Shown here: positions 49,134 through 59,982 of the stretch, in pieces | Numbering within the stretch: the stretch's first letter is position 1 | Layout of the letters: each line of letters begins with the position of its first letter | Assembly (NCBI GenBank): GCA_938074535.1 | Contig: CALJER010000008.1 | Span: forward strand, 23,523 to 87,522 | Reading direction: 5' to 3' | Source: an uncultured archaeon | Lineage (GTDB): Archaea > Hadarchaeota > Hadarchaeia > Hadarchaeales > WYZ-LMO6 | Length of the DNA stretch: 64,000 bases | Program-made: the position numbers and the translations under genes | The notes under the pieces: generated by a model | What the model was told of the DNA's origin: nothing | Seen by the model: the letters and a program-made list of their open reading frames with translations, nothing else | Database searches by the model: none

Positions 49134-49388
49134 TCACCTCCCCAGCTTCCTGACCTCAAAGGAGTAGTCGTCCTTCACGGGATTGGAGAGGAGCTTTCTG
49201 CACATCTCTTCTGTGAGCTTCCTGGCCTCCTGCAGGCTGGAGGCGGTGAGCTCTATCTCGTAAACCTTCGCCACCCCCACGCGGCGTACCCTGTACCTAA
49301 GGTCCTGCAGGGCCCTCCTGGTGCTCTCCCCCTCCGGGTCCAGGTAGCCTGGTTTCAACCTCACCTCCACCCTGCTCAGGTACCTCAT
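49134..49388 (-). CDS. purS: FGAM synthase PurS subunit
   Basis: 84 aa; VEVRLKPGYLDPEGESTRRAL signature. Confidence 0.8.
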   Translation of the reverse strand: MRYLSRVEVRLKPGYLDPEGESTRRALQDLRYRVRRVGVAKVYEIELTASSLQEARKLTEEMCRKLLSNPVKDDYSFEVRKLGR

Positions 49389-49392
49389 CCCC

Positions 49393-50529
49393 TCACCCGT
49401 ACTCGAACTTTCCCGCCCCGCTCTTTATGATCACCCGATTCCTCCCCTTTCCCCTTTCGCACCTGCCTATCACCCTCGCCTCCAGCTTAAACCCCTCTGA
49501 AACCCTCACCACCTCCTCGGCATCCCCGGGATCCACCACCAGCTCGAAGCCCACGCCCATGTTGAAGACCTCGTACATCTCCCTCCACCCCACCCTTCCC
49601 TCCCTCTGCACCAGCAGGAAGATGGGATCCGGCTCGGGAAGCTGGTCCTTCACGTAGACGAGGTTCTTCCCCACCCTGAGGCTCTTGGTGAGACCCCCGC
49701 CCGTGTTGTGCACCATGAGCTTCACCCCTTCCCCCACCCTCCTGAGGACTCTCAGGACCACGGGAGCGAAGAGGCGGGTGGGGGAGAGGATGGCCTCCCC
49801 CACCGTCATGCCAAGCTCGTCCAGGTAATCGTCGAACCTGAACCTTCCACGGTACCTTCCCCGGTCCACCAGCTCCGGATACTTCCTGGTGTACTCCCCC
49901 CTCATGAGAACGTGCCTGGCTAGGGTGATGCCGTTGCACATCATCCCGCTGTTCTCTCTCTTCTCGTACCTCGTCCTTCCCCCGCTCCTGAGGCCCACGA
50001 TGAGGTCGCCTGCCCTTACCCTCTCCCCCCTCCTCACCTCCGACAGCCTCACCCTGGCAGCCAGAACGCCGGCGAGGTCCAGCGTCCTCACCTGGTCGGG
50101 AAGGTCGGCCGTCTCCCCGCCCAGGAAAGGTATCTCCAGCCCCAGGGCCTCGAGCTCCTTGAGGACCCTCCGGAAACCTGAGACCATGTGGAAGAGGAGC
50201 TCGCGCTTGGGGAGAACACGCGGGTTGAGGGTGAGGTAGTCCGCAAAGGCGAGGGGGCGGAAGGGACCCACGCAGACCACATCGTCCACATTCATGGCCA
50301 GAACATCCTGAGCCAGTCCCTCGAACCAGGACGGGTCACCCGTTTCCCTCCAGTGGAGATAGCTCTGCTGGGGCTTGCTCCCCGCTCCGTCCGCGTGGAG
50401 GACCAGGCCCGTCTCCCTTCCCTCCCTCCCCACCGGGCAGAAGGGCATCAGATCCGCATCCAGGAGGGGGAGGAAGAACTCCGTGCCCTCCTTCTTCGCA
50501 TCCACCCCCAGGGAGCGGTAGAGGCTCAC
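49393..50529 (-). CDS. purM: AIR synthase (PurM-like)
   Basis: GVDAKKEG...LVLHADGAGSK N-domain and AIRS C-domain. Slightly longer than typical PurM. Confidence 0.7.
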   Translation of the reverse strand: MSLYRSLGVDAKKEGTEFFLPLLDADLMPFCPVGREGRETGLVLHADGAGSKPQQSYLHWRETGDPSWFEGLAQDVLAMNVDDVVCVGPFRPLAFADYLTLNPRVLPKRELLFHMVSGFRRVLKELEALGLEIPFLGGETADLPDQVRTLDLAGVLAARVRLSEVRRGERVRAGDLIVGLRSGGRTRYEKRENSGMMCNGITLARHVLMRGEYTRKYPELVDRGRYRGRFRFDDYLDELGMTVGEAILSPTRLFAPVVLRVLRRVGEGVKLMVHNTGGGLTKSLRVGKNLVYVKDQLPEPDPIFLLVQREGRVGWREMYEVFNMGVGFELVVDPGDAEEVVRVSEGFKLEARVIGRCERGKGRNRVIIKSGAGKFEYG

Positions 50530-51395
50530 CCCTTCCCCTCCAGCGCCTCCGAAGCTAGGAGGGTGTTATGGAGGAGCATCACGCGCGTCATGGGGCCCAC
50601 CCCGCCCGGCACGGGGGTGAGGTATGAGGCTCTGCGGCTCACGCCCTCGAAGTCCGCGTCCCCCACCAGCTTCCCGCTCACGTAGTTCATGCCCACATCC
50701 ACCACCACGGCACCCTCCCCCACCATCTCGGCCGTGAGGACGAAGGAGGGTCTCCTCCCCACCGCCGAAACCAGCAACCTGGCCTCCCTGGTCCTCTCCC
50801 CCAGGTTCCTCGTCTTGGAGTGGCAGAGAAGGACGCTGGCATCCCTGTCCAAAAGGAGCTTGGCCAGGGGCTTGCCCACCAGATCGCTCCTGTTGATGAT
50901 GACCGCCAGCTCACCCTTCACCTCTATCCCGTACTCATCCAGCAGCCTAAGGATGCCCCTGGGGGTGCAGGGGAGGAGGCTCCTCTCGGGATCGTACTGT
51001 CCCTTCCAGAGCTTCCCCACGTTGTAGGGATGAAGACCGTCCACGTCCTTCTGGGGGGAAATCTCCTCCACCAGGCGCCTAGGGTCCAGCTGCGGCGGCA
51101 CGGGAAGCTGCAGGAAAATCCCGTGAACATCCTCTTCCTCGTTCAGGCGGTGGATGAGTTCCCGGAGCTCCCCCTCCTCCGCCGAGGAGGGGAAAGTGTA
51201 AAGCCTGAAGGAAATTCCCACCTCCGCGCAGTCCCTCCTTTTTCCCTCCACGTAGACCCTGGAGGCCGGGTTGTCCCCGACCAGCAGGGTGGCCAGGGTG
51301 GGGGCCACTCCCTTCCTCTTCAGGGCCGAGACCCTCCCGCGCAGCTCCCCCTTGATCTCCTCCGCCAGGGCCTTTCCGTCCATAAGCACGACCAT
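50526..51395 (-). CDS. folD: Bifunctional methylene-THF dehydrogenase / methenyl-THF cyclohydrolase
   Basis: LDGKALAEEI N-terminus, VGDNPASRVYV, and the GGVGPMT Rossmann region. Confidence 0.85.
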   Translation of the reverse strand: MVVLMDGKALAEEIKGELRGRVSALKRKGVAPTLATLLVGDNPASRVYVEGKRRDCAEVGISFRLYTFPSSAEEGELRELIHRLNEEEDVHGIFLQLPVPPQLDPRRLVEEISPQKDVDGLHPYNVGKLWKGQYDPERSLLPCTPRGILRLLDEYGIEVKGELAVIINRSDLVGKPLAKLLLDRDASVLLCHSKTRNLGERTREARLLVSAVGRRPSFVLTAEMVGEGAVVVDVGMNYVSGKLVGDADFEGVSRRASYLTPVPGGVGPMTRVMLLHNTLLASEALEGKG

Positions 51396-51403
51396 GGTCT
51401 CCC

Positions 51404-52852
51404 TCAGAAGGAGGGGGCAGCCTTCTTCCCCAGCCTCTCCGCGTACCTGGAAAGCACCGGATTCACCTCCCTCTCGAGGAAGCTGTCACACCTCTCCACC
51501 GCGTCGCCCACGTGCCTGGAGGGATCAAGGACCTCTTCCAGCTCCTGGGGGGTCAGAAGGGGTCCCACCACGGGGTCCTCCCTCAGAAGGGAGGGCAGGG
51601 GATTTTCTCCCCCCTCCATGACCCTCTCCCACGCGCGGAGGGAGAGCCTCCTCAGCCTCTCGTGCATCTCCTGCCTGTTCCCCCCCTTCTTCACCAGGAG
51701 CATCAGGAGGGGCTCCAGGGCGGAAAAGGGGGAGAAGAGCTGGAGGTTCCTGGCGATCATGACCCTGTTAACCTTCATTCCCTCCACCAGGGTCTGGTAC
51801 AGGATGAGGATTTCCTCCACCGCCAAAAAGCTCTCCGCCAGGATCACCCTTCGGTTGGCGGAATCGTCCAGGGTGCGCTCCAGGAGGGTGTGGGAGGCGT
51901 TCTCCCAGGCCACCCTGGGAAGGGAGGCCACGTACCTGGCCAGGGAACACATACGCTCCGAGAGCACGGGATTGCGCTTGAAGGGCATGGCGGAGGACCC
52001 CACCTGCGCCTCCCCGAAGGGCTCGGAGAGCTCCCCCCACACGGGGGAATGCAGGTGCCTGAGGTCCGCCCCGAACTTGTGGGCGCTCTGGGCTATCCCC
52101 GCCAGAACGGAGAGGACCATGAAATCCTGCTTCCGGGGGTAGGTCTGCCCGGAGATGGCGAAGTAGGGGAGGCCCAGCTTTTCCATCACCCTGGCCTCCA
52201 CCTCCGCGGGCTTCGCCCTCTCTTCCAGCAGCCTCCTGAAGCCCGCGGAGGTCCCCACCGCCCCCTTCACCCCCTTACCCTTCAGGAACTCGGAGAGCAG
52301 GAGCTCCACCGCCCTCAGGTCCAGGAGGAGGTCCTGGGCGTAGCAGGCCAGCCTGTATCCCAGCGTAGTGGGCTCGGCAGGCTGCAGGTGGGTCCAGCCC
52401 ATGCAGACGGTGCTCCGGTGCTCCTTTATCCTGAGGGAAAGGGAGTGGAGGCAGTTGACCAGCCTGGTGAGGAGGAGGTCGAAGGCCCTCCTCATCCTCA
52501 GCACGTCTGCGTTGTCCTCTATGTCCATCGAAGTGGCCCCGAGGTGGAGTTTCCCACCGCCCCTGGGGCACTGCTGGGAGAAGACCCTCAGTTCCGCCAT
52601 GAGGTCGTGCCTTATTTCCTTCTCCACCTTCTGAGAGAGCTCCAGGTCCACATGTTCCTTTCCCGCCTTCTCCCTGATCTCCCTCAGCTCCTCCTCGGAA
52701 ATCAGTCCGTACTCCGCCTGGGCCTCCGCCAGGGCCCTCCACACCTTTCTCCAGAGGGCCCTGTACTCCAGCTCCGAGAAAAGGGAGCGCATCTCCTCGC
52801 TCCCGTACCTCCAGGTGAAGGGGGACAGAAAGGTTCGGTGGTCGAAGCCCAT
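51404..52852 (-). CDS. purB: Adenylosuccinate lyase
   Basis: Fumarase/ASL signature GSSAMPFKRNP. ATG at 52852 (MGFDHRTF...). The upstream 777 nt of ORF 51404..53629 was rejected. Confidence 0.85.
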   Translation of the reverse strand: MGFDHRTFLSPFTWRYGSEEMRSLFSELEYRALWRKVWRALAEAQAEYGLISEEELREIREKAGKEHVDLELSQKVEKEIRHDLMAELRVFSQQCPRGGGKLHLGATSMDIEDNADVLRMRRAFDLLLTRLVNCLHSLSLRIKEHRSTVCMGWTHLQPAEPTTLGYRLACYAQDLLLDLRAVELLLSEFLKGKGVKGAVGTSAGFRRLLEERAKPAEVEARVMEKLGLPYFAISGQTYPRKQDFMVLSVLAGIAQSAHKFGADLRHLHSPVWGELSEPFGEAQVGSSAMPFKRNPVLSERMCSLARYVASLPRVAWENASHTLLERTLDDSANRRVILAESFLAVEEILILYQTLVEGMKVNRVMIARNLQLFSPFSALEPLLMLLVKKGGNRQEMHERLRRLSLRAWERVMEGGENPLPSLLREDPVVGPLLTPQELEEVLDPSRHVGDAVERCDSFLEREVNPVLSRYAERLGKKAAPSF

Positions 52853-52906
52853 TCTCCCTCCCTTTTCTTGGAAGGTTTTTAACTTTGGGGAGGAGAAAAG
52901 GGGAGA
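52853..52906. promoter_or_regulatory. Divergent purB / purH promoter region (GTTTTTAAC about 25 nt upstream of the purH ATG)
   Basis: AT-rich box in an otherwise GC-rich spacer. Confidence 0.4.
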
Positions 52907-54439
<1,533 letters not shown>

Positions 54440-54501
54440 CGCCCTCCGGCTCTTACCGGACCCCGGCGACCACGCCTGAAAGAGGGGAACCCCGCAAGCC
54501 T

Positions 54502-55029
54502 TCAGCGGAGGGGCTCCACACCCTCCAAATCGCTCAATTCCCCCCTAGTCTCCTTCGCCCAGACCGCCCTCACCCTCATCCCGATGTGCACTTCTTTCGG
54601 ATCCGCACCTATCAACAGAGTGCCCAAGTTGGAATCGGCGCCGTCGAATTTGACGAAAACGGGAATAATAACCTCATCCTCCTGGATGAGGCCCTGCTCC
54701 ACGGGATCCATCCCCAGCACCTTGATCTTCCCCCTTTTGATGGGCGGGCTTATGATGAAGCAGGTGACGGTACCTACGTCGGAAACCACCACCCTACCCT
54801 CCATCTTCCTGTGGCACCTCCCGCACAGGTTCCTGGGAGGCACTATCACCTTCCCGCATCCGAAGCACAGAGAGCCCACCAGCTTCCTCTGTTTTAAACC
54901 CTCCACGAATTCTTCGAGGAGTCTGTTGGCCTTCCAGGTGTAGGCCCCTATGTTCCACTCCCCCTCCACGCCCAGGGTTTCCGGTCTTTCCTCTTTGAGG
55001 TATGGCATCCCCTCACCTCGGAGAGTCAC
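54502..55029 (-). CDS. DUF35 (Zn-ribbon + OB-fold) protein, partner of thiolase-like enzymes
   Basis: CFGCGKVIVPPRNLCGRC rubredoxin-like ribbon followed by an OB fold. Confidence 0.75.
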   Translation of the reverse strand: MTLRGEGMPYLKEERPETLGVEGEWNIGAYTWKANRLLEEFVEGLKQRKLVGSLCFGCGKVIVPPRNLCGRCHRKMEGRVVVSDVGTVTCFIISPPIKRGKIKVLGMDPVEQGLIQEDEVIIPVFVKFDGADSNLGTLLIGADPKEVHIGMRVRAVWAKETRGELSDLEGVEPLR

Positions 55030-56254
55030 CCAGCACCGTCACCGTGGTGTAGTTCGTCACTCCCCCCCATCCGTGGGCCACGGCGTTCCTGACCTCCTTC
55101 GGGACCTGGTGCTCCTCGGCCTTTCCCATCACCTGCAGAGCGGCTTCCAGGATCCTCTGTAAGGCGGAAGACCCTATGGCGTTCGTGGCGAGAACCCCCC
55201 CGGAGGGATCCGTCGGCATTCTGCCGTCGATCTCCATTTCCCCCTCCTCGAGGGCCACCCAGGCCTTTCCCTCGTCAAAAAGCCCCAGCCTCTCGGCGAA
55301 GATGAGCTCCTGACTTGGGAAGGGCTGGTAAATCTCAGCCACATCTATCTCCCTCTTCGGATCCGTTATTCCCGCCATCCTGTAGGCCTTCATCGCGGAA
55401 ACCCTGCACCCCATCTGCTCGGAGGCGTCAAGGATGCCCACTCCCCCGTAGCTCTCGCTCATGAGCTGGTTTTCCTCGTCGGAGTAGGACGCAAGCCCCT
55501 TAACCCAGGCTTTGTCCTCTTTCTTCTTTGCGATATCCTCGGCCGCCACCACAATGGCAGAAGCGCCATCACTCGCGGGGCAGATGTGTCCGAACCTGAA
55601 GGGATACGCCACCATCTCGGTCTTTGCTATGTCCTCCGGGGTGCACCCTGGCCACTGAAGGTGTGCGTACTTGTTCTTCGCGGCGTTTCTCCTGCTCTTT
55701 GCAGCCACCATGTCGAAGTGCTCGATTCTACACCCGGATCTGTGCATGTAGAACATCGCCTGGTAGACGGCGACCCCCGCAGCGGCCCCCACGACGGTGG
55801 TGGCCACCAGACTCTTGAGGTTCATCCCGTAGTTGAAGGCATGGAAGAAATTGGCAAGAGCCACGTGCAGGAGACCGGTGGTTGCCCCGGGCTCTTTGCT
55901 GTCGGAATGCTTCTCCCAGGCCACGGCCAGGACTTTGTCGTACATCCCCGAGGCCACCGCATAGATGGCCCCCTGCCCCACCGATCCCCCTGTGGTTCCA
56001 CCCGTGGCTATTCTCATAACGGGCTTTCCCGGGGCGCCTATCCAATCCCCAATCCACTGGTCTGGCTGGGCGACGCCGCCGAACCCCTGCATGTTCCCCA
56101 CCACGATGGCGTCAATCTCCTCTGGGGTTACCTGGGCATCCTCCATGGCCCTCCAGGCTGCCTCTTCAATCATTTCAGGCAGGCTGACATCCCTTCTCTT
56201 GCTCGAATGCTTGGTCTGTCCGCATCCTATTATGGCGACATTCCTGAACATCAT
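55013..56254 (-). CDS. Thiolase-like protein (SCP-x/Ltp-type fold) lacking the nucleophilic Cys and the C-terminal His/Cys catalytic residues
   Basis: Thiolase-fold glycine-rich motifs. At the N-x2-C-x-SG position it reads RIATGGTTGG. The GHP position reads TNAIGSS and the GMC position reads GWGGVTNY, judged by eye. Confidence 0.7.
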   Translation of the reverse strand: MMFRNVAIIGCGQTKHSSKRRDVSLPEMIEEAAWRAMEDAQVTPEEIDAIVVGNMQGFGGVAQPDQWIGDWIGAPGKPVMRIATGGTTGGSVGQGAIYAVASGMYDKVLAVAWEKHSDSKEPGATTGLLHVALANFFHAFNYGMNLKSLVATTVVGAAAGVAVYQAMFYMHRSGCRIEHFDMVAAKSRRNAAKNKYAHLQWPGCTPEDIAKTEMVAYPFRFGHICPASDGASAIVVAAEDIAKKKEDKAWVKGLASYSDEENQLMSESYGGVGILDASEQMGCRVSAMKAYRMAGITDPKREIDVAEIYQPFPSQELIFAERLGLFDEGKAWVALEEGEMEIDGRMPTDPSGGVLATNAIGSSALQRILEAALQVMGKAEEHQVPKEVRNAVAHGWGGVTNYTTVTVLGDSPR

Positions 56255-57396
56255 CCCTCACCCCCAAGAATGAAAACCCAGTTCTTCTGGGCACACATCC
56301 CGAACTGGCCGTGAGCCAGGGCCCTTCGCACACCCGGAATCTGGTACTCACCCGCCTCGCCCCTTATTTGCTTGGCGGCCTCCACCATCCTCACCAGGCC
56401 CGTCGCGCAAACCGGATCGGCCGCGAGAGCCCCACCGCTGGGGTTAACGGGGATTTCACCGCCCTTCTCCGTTGCCCCCCTCTCCAAGAGGACCTTGCCC
56501 TTGCCCCTCCTGCAGAGGCCCAGGGCCTCGTATATCATCAGCTCCTCGTGGGCAAATTTTTCCGAAACTTCGAAGACGTCAAGCTCCGCGTAGGGATCCC
56601 TTATCCCCGCCATCTCATAGGCATCCTTTGCCGCCTTACGCAGGGAATCAAGCTCGAGGAGGTTCCTGTCACGGAGGTAGAAGTCCTGGCAGACGCCTAC
56701 CCCCTCTATCCAGACGGGAGTGTCGGTGATCTCCTTTGCCTTTTCTTCCGAGGCCAGAACCAGGGCACAGGCGCCGTCGCTGATGGGGGACATCATCAAC
56801 TCCCTTATGGGATGGTAATAAAGTTTGGAGCCGAGCACCTCCTCCACAGTCAGGTCCGGCATCCTCCTCTGGGCAAAGGGGTTCTTCGCGGCATTCGAGA
56901 GATTCTTGACGGAAACCATCGCGATTTCCTCTTCGGAGACTCCGTAGGAGGACATGTACATCCTAGCTTGGATAGCAGCGGCTGAAACATCGTTGAGAAC
57001 TCCTATCTGCCTGTCAAAGAGGGGATCCAAAGTGTAGAAGGATACTTGGTGTGGGTTGAAGGTCGACCCCTGAGTGTGGGCCTCCACCAGAGCTACGTCA
57101 TGTACACCGGAGAGAATCCTCATGAAAGCGTACCAAGCCGCGGAGGTACCATCTTCCTCTGTTTTCGATTCGTCCTTCAGGTAGGCCCCCACCGCCATGC
57201 TGAGAAAAACGCTTGAAATGGTCCTGCCGTCCAGAAAGTCCGTGGAGGCCGTGACCACGGTATCCACCTCCCCGCGCGTGATTCCCGCGTGCGAGAGGGC
57301 CTCTTTGACAACCTCAAAAACCATGTCCTCCCTGGTCTTTTGCATATCGAACTGATGTTGGGTCTGAGCGTAGCCCACTATGGCGACTCTCCTCAA
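56251..57396 (-). CDS. Thiolase-like protein (SCP-x/Ltp-type) lacking the N-terminal nucleophilic Cys
   Basis: No Cys in the first about 110 residues; the C-terminal GMCAQ and NPSGG motifs are retained. Confidence 0.7.
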   Translation of the reverse strand: MRRVAIVGYAQTQHQFDMQKTREDMVFEVVKEALSHAGITRGEVDTVVTASTDFLDGRTISSVFLSMAVGAYLKDESKTEEDGTSAAWYAFMRILSGVHDVALVEAHTQGSTFNPHQVSFYTLDPLFDRQIGVLNDVSAAAIQARMYMSSYGVSEEEIAMVSVKNLSNAAKNPFAQRRMPDLTVEEVLGSKLYYHPIRELMMSPISDGACALVLASEEKAKEITDTPVWIEGVGVCQDFYLRDRNLLELDSLRKAAKDAYEMAGIRDPYAELDVFEVSEKFAHEELMIYEALGLCRRGKGKVLLERGATEKGGEIPVNPSGGALAADPVCATGLVRMVEAAKQIRGEAGEYQIPGVRRALAHGQFGMCAQKNWVFILGGEG

Positions 57397-57400
57397 AGGC

Positions 57401-57877
57401 TCACCTCGAGGGTTTGAAGTATTCTATGTCCGCCAGCTCGCCTCTGGTTGCCTCTCTCCATTTCGGCTCCACTTCCATTCCCTCCCTCACCCCCTCGGGG
57501 TCTATCTCTCCAATCGGCATGAAGATCGTGGAATCGGCTCCTTCCAGCTTTATGGCCCCTATCACCCTTGGTTTTTCCAGGTCCACAAAATTCCCCTCCC
57601 CATCCAGCCCAACATAGGCCGTGGTGTAACCGACCAGAACCCCCCTTCCGGAAAGCTCTACCAAGTTTTTCTCCCCAAGCTTGGTCAAGCATTTTCCACA
57701 CCTCGACCTGGGCGGCACGTAGGTGTACCCACAGCTGGGGCACTTCGCCCCCAGAAGTTTCTTTTCGGCGAGTGACTTTATGAATCTCTCCATCAGAAAG
57801 CCCGTGGACCACTTGAACCGTGCAACGAAAGGCAGACCCTTTACTCGAACTATCCCTTCCCTCTCCAAATGCAACAA
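57401..57877 (-). CDS. DUF35 (Zn-ribbon + OB-fold) protein
   Basis: CPSCGYTYVPPRSRCGKC ribbon plus OB fold. Confidence 0.75.
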   Translation of the reverse strand: MLHLEREGIVRVKGLPFVARFKWSTGFLMERFIKSLAEKKLLGAKCPSCGYTYVPPRSRCGKCLTKLGEKNLVELSGRGVLVGYTTAYVGLDGEGNFVDLEKPRVIGAIKLEGADSTIFMPIGEIDPEGVREGMEVEPKWREATRGELADIEYFKPSR

Positions 57878-57965
57878 AAAAAGTCGCCTAACCCCTTTAA
57901 TAAGCCTTTCGGAAGCCGGCGGTCCAAGAGCTATTTAAGCCCCAACACGGAGAGCTGTTTGGGGA
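57878..57965. promoter_or_regulatory. Divergent promoter region with two TATA-like boxes (CTTTAATAAG, GCTATTTAAG)
   Basis: AT boxes about 25-35 nt from the acyl-CoA synthetase ATG and about 40 nt from the DUF35 start. Confidence 0.4.
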
Positions 57966-59975
57966 ATGGTCTCAGATTCTTTCTCCAGGTACAGACAAAA
58001 GTACTCAGACGGCAACAGAAGAAACAACACTTGGGGCGCCAGACTTGAGATGCTCGCCCACGTGATCCCGGACAGGAGCGCCTTCATCCAAGGAGAGAGG
58101 GAAGTGACTTGGGGGCACTTCAACGAGCGAGTTAACATGTTGGCAAACGCGTTTTTGGACCTCGGGATAAAAAAGGAAGAGAGGGTGGCCATAGTGGGCT
58201 TCAACTGCATTGAGTGGATGGAAACTTACTTCGCCGCTTCCAAGATAGGGGCCGTGCCGGTTAATGTGAACCCCAGGTTCGTTCCGGAGGAGGTCAGGTA
58301 CATCCTCGAGAACTCGGACTCGGCGGCGGTGGTTCTGGAAGGCGAATTCCTCGAAACCGTAGAAAAGGCCTGCCGGGGTCTCTCCTCGGTGAGGCACTGC
58401 ATCGTTTGGGAAGGGAGTCCCCCAGAGGGGATGCTGAGCTATGAAGAACTTCTAAAAAACCGCCCCCCCACCGAACCCGAGCTTGGGTGGGAGGTGACCA
58501 ACGAAGATTTCTGCTTTCTCTTTTACACGGGAGGAACGACCGGATATCCTAAGGGAACCGTGTGGGATTATGAAAGCAGGGTGAGGGGCTTGGATATGCT
58601 GCTTTATCACGCCATGACGCCCCTTCTGGAAAATCTGGCCAAGATGCCGGAAGGTTCATACGTTGGAACCATAAACACCCTTATCCCGCCCGAAGCAGCT
58701 GAATTCTTGCTGCCCACTTTTCAAACACCTCCCGAGTTCGAACCATGGCTGGAGCTAATCAAAACTCTGTACCCTCCCGGGTTTGAGCCCGAGGCTGAAA
58801 AGCTCACGCGATCCCTCGTGGAACTTCTCCGGTCAGTACCGGAGCCGGTAAGGGAAAAAATGATGCGGCTGATGAACACGCCGGCAGAAGAACGCGGCAC
58901 CACGCAGGAAATCTTCCGCGATCCAGCCGTCGTACACTTTTTGAAGGAAACCTTCAGAGTGCTTCTCGGCACACCGCTCGCTTACCTGCTCAACGGCTCG
59001 AGGGTAAGAATTCTGATTGCCGCACCTTTGTTCCACGGTGCAGCCTATGAAGCCAATTTTGCGTACATCGGCACTTCCGGTGCCACAAGCGTTTACCTCA
59101 CCTCCCATCGCTTTAACCCGAGAGAACTTTGGGAAACTGCGGAGAGGAGAAAAGTTAATTATATCCTCATAGTGGGGGACGCCTTTGCCATTCCCATGGC
59201 CGAGGAGCTGGAAAGAAGGAGATACGATCTCGGCTCGCTAGCGGGCATCATCTCATCCGGAGTCACCTGGTCCCCCAAAATCAAGAAAAAGCTGCTCGCA
59301 CACATGCCCAGAGGCCTGGCGCTGGACGAACTGGGGACTACGGAGTTCAGCGGTGCCCACTCCCACATCTCCACTCCTGCGGATGAAGAGATACCTGACC
59401 TCAGAATAAAAATCTCTTCGAACGGGGCCTATCCCTGCCGGGTCGTCGATCCGGAAACGTGCGCAGACACCAAGCCTGGAGAGAGGGGGGAACTCATTTA
59501 CGGAGGCTATATGGCCCTGGGATACTGGAAGGATCCGGAAAGAACCGCCAAATATTTCAGGTGGATAGACGGCAGACGCTGGTTCTTCACCGGGGATGAA
59601 GGAATTGTCGATGAGGACGGATACTTTCATTTCATAGGGAGGGGTGCTCTCGTGATCAACACCGGCGGAGAAAAAGTCTATCCTGAAGAAGTTGAAGAAA
59701 CCATCAAAACACATCCCAAGGTCAGGGATGCTATTGTGACGGGGGTTCCGGATGAAAAGTGGGGTGAGGCTGTCACGGCCCTCGTGGAGCTGAAGGTTGG
59801 AGAAGAGGCAAAAGCGGAAGAAATAGTGGAGTTCTGCAGGGGAAGGCTGGCGGGATACAAAAAACCAAGGCATGTGATCTTCGTGGAGAAAATTCCCAGA
59901 TCCGCCAGCGGAAAAATAGAGAGGGGGGAGATAAAGAAAATGGCGGAAAAAATACTTAAATCTGGGAAGTCCTAA
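57966..59975 (+). CDS. AMP-forming acyl-CoA synthetase / fatty-acid-CoA ligase
   Basis: YTGGTTGYPKG AMP-binding motif; YGGYMALGYW, GDEG and KxPRxxSGKI C-terminal motifs. Confidence 0.8.
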   Translation: MVSDSFSRYRQKYSDGNRRNNTWGARLEMLAHVIPDRSAFIQGEREVTWGHFNERVNMLANAFLDLGIKKEERVAIVGFNCIEWMETYFAASKIGAVPVNVNPRFVPEEVRYILENSDSAAVVLEGEFLETVEKACRGLSSVRHCIVWEGSPPEGMLSYEELLKNRPPTEPELGWEVTNEDFCFLFYTGGTTGYPKGTVWDYESRVRGLDMLLYHAMTPLLENLAKMPEGSYVGTINTLIPPEAAEFLLPTFQTPPEFEPWLELIKTLYPPGFEPEAEKLTRSLVELLRSVPEPVREKMMRLMNTPAEERGTTQEIFRDPAVVHFLKETFRVLLGTPLAYLLNGSRVRILIAAPLFHGAAYEANFAYIGTSGATSVYLTSHRFNPRELWETAERRKVNYILIVGDAFAIPMAEELERRRYDLGSLAGIISSGVTWSPKIKKKLLAHMPRGLALDELGTTEFSGAHSHISTPADEEIPDLRIKISSNGAYPCRVVDPETCADTKPGERGELIYGGYMALGYWKDPERTAKYFRWIDGRRWFFTGDEGIVDEDGYFHFIGRGALVINTGGEKVYPEEVEETIKTHPKVRDAIVTGVPDEKWGEAVTALVELKVGEEAKAEEIVEFCRGRLAGYKKPRHVIFVEKIPRSASGKIERGEIKKMAEKILKSGKS

Positions 59976-59982
59976 ATACTGC

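Noticed and set aside
47097-49430. 777-aa plus-strand ORF opposite purL
   Set aside because: Antisense shadow ORF; purL on the minus strand is unambiguous.
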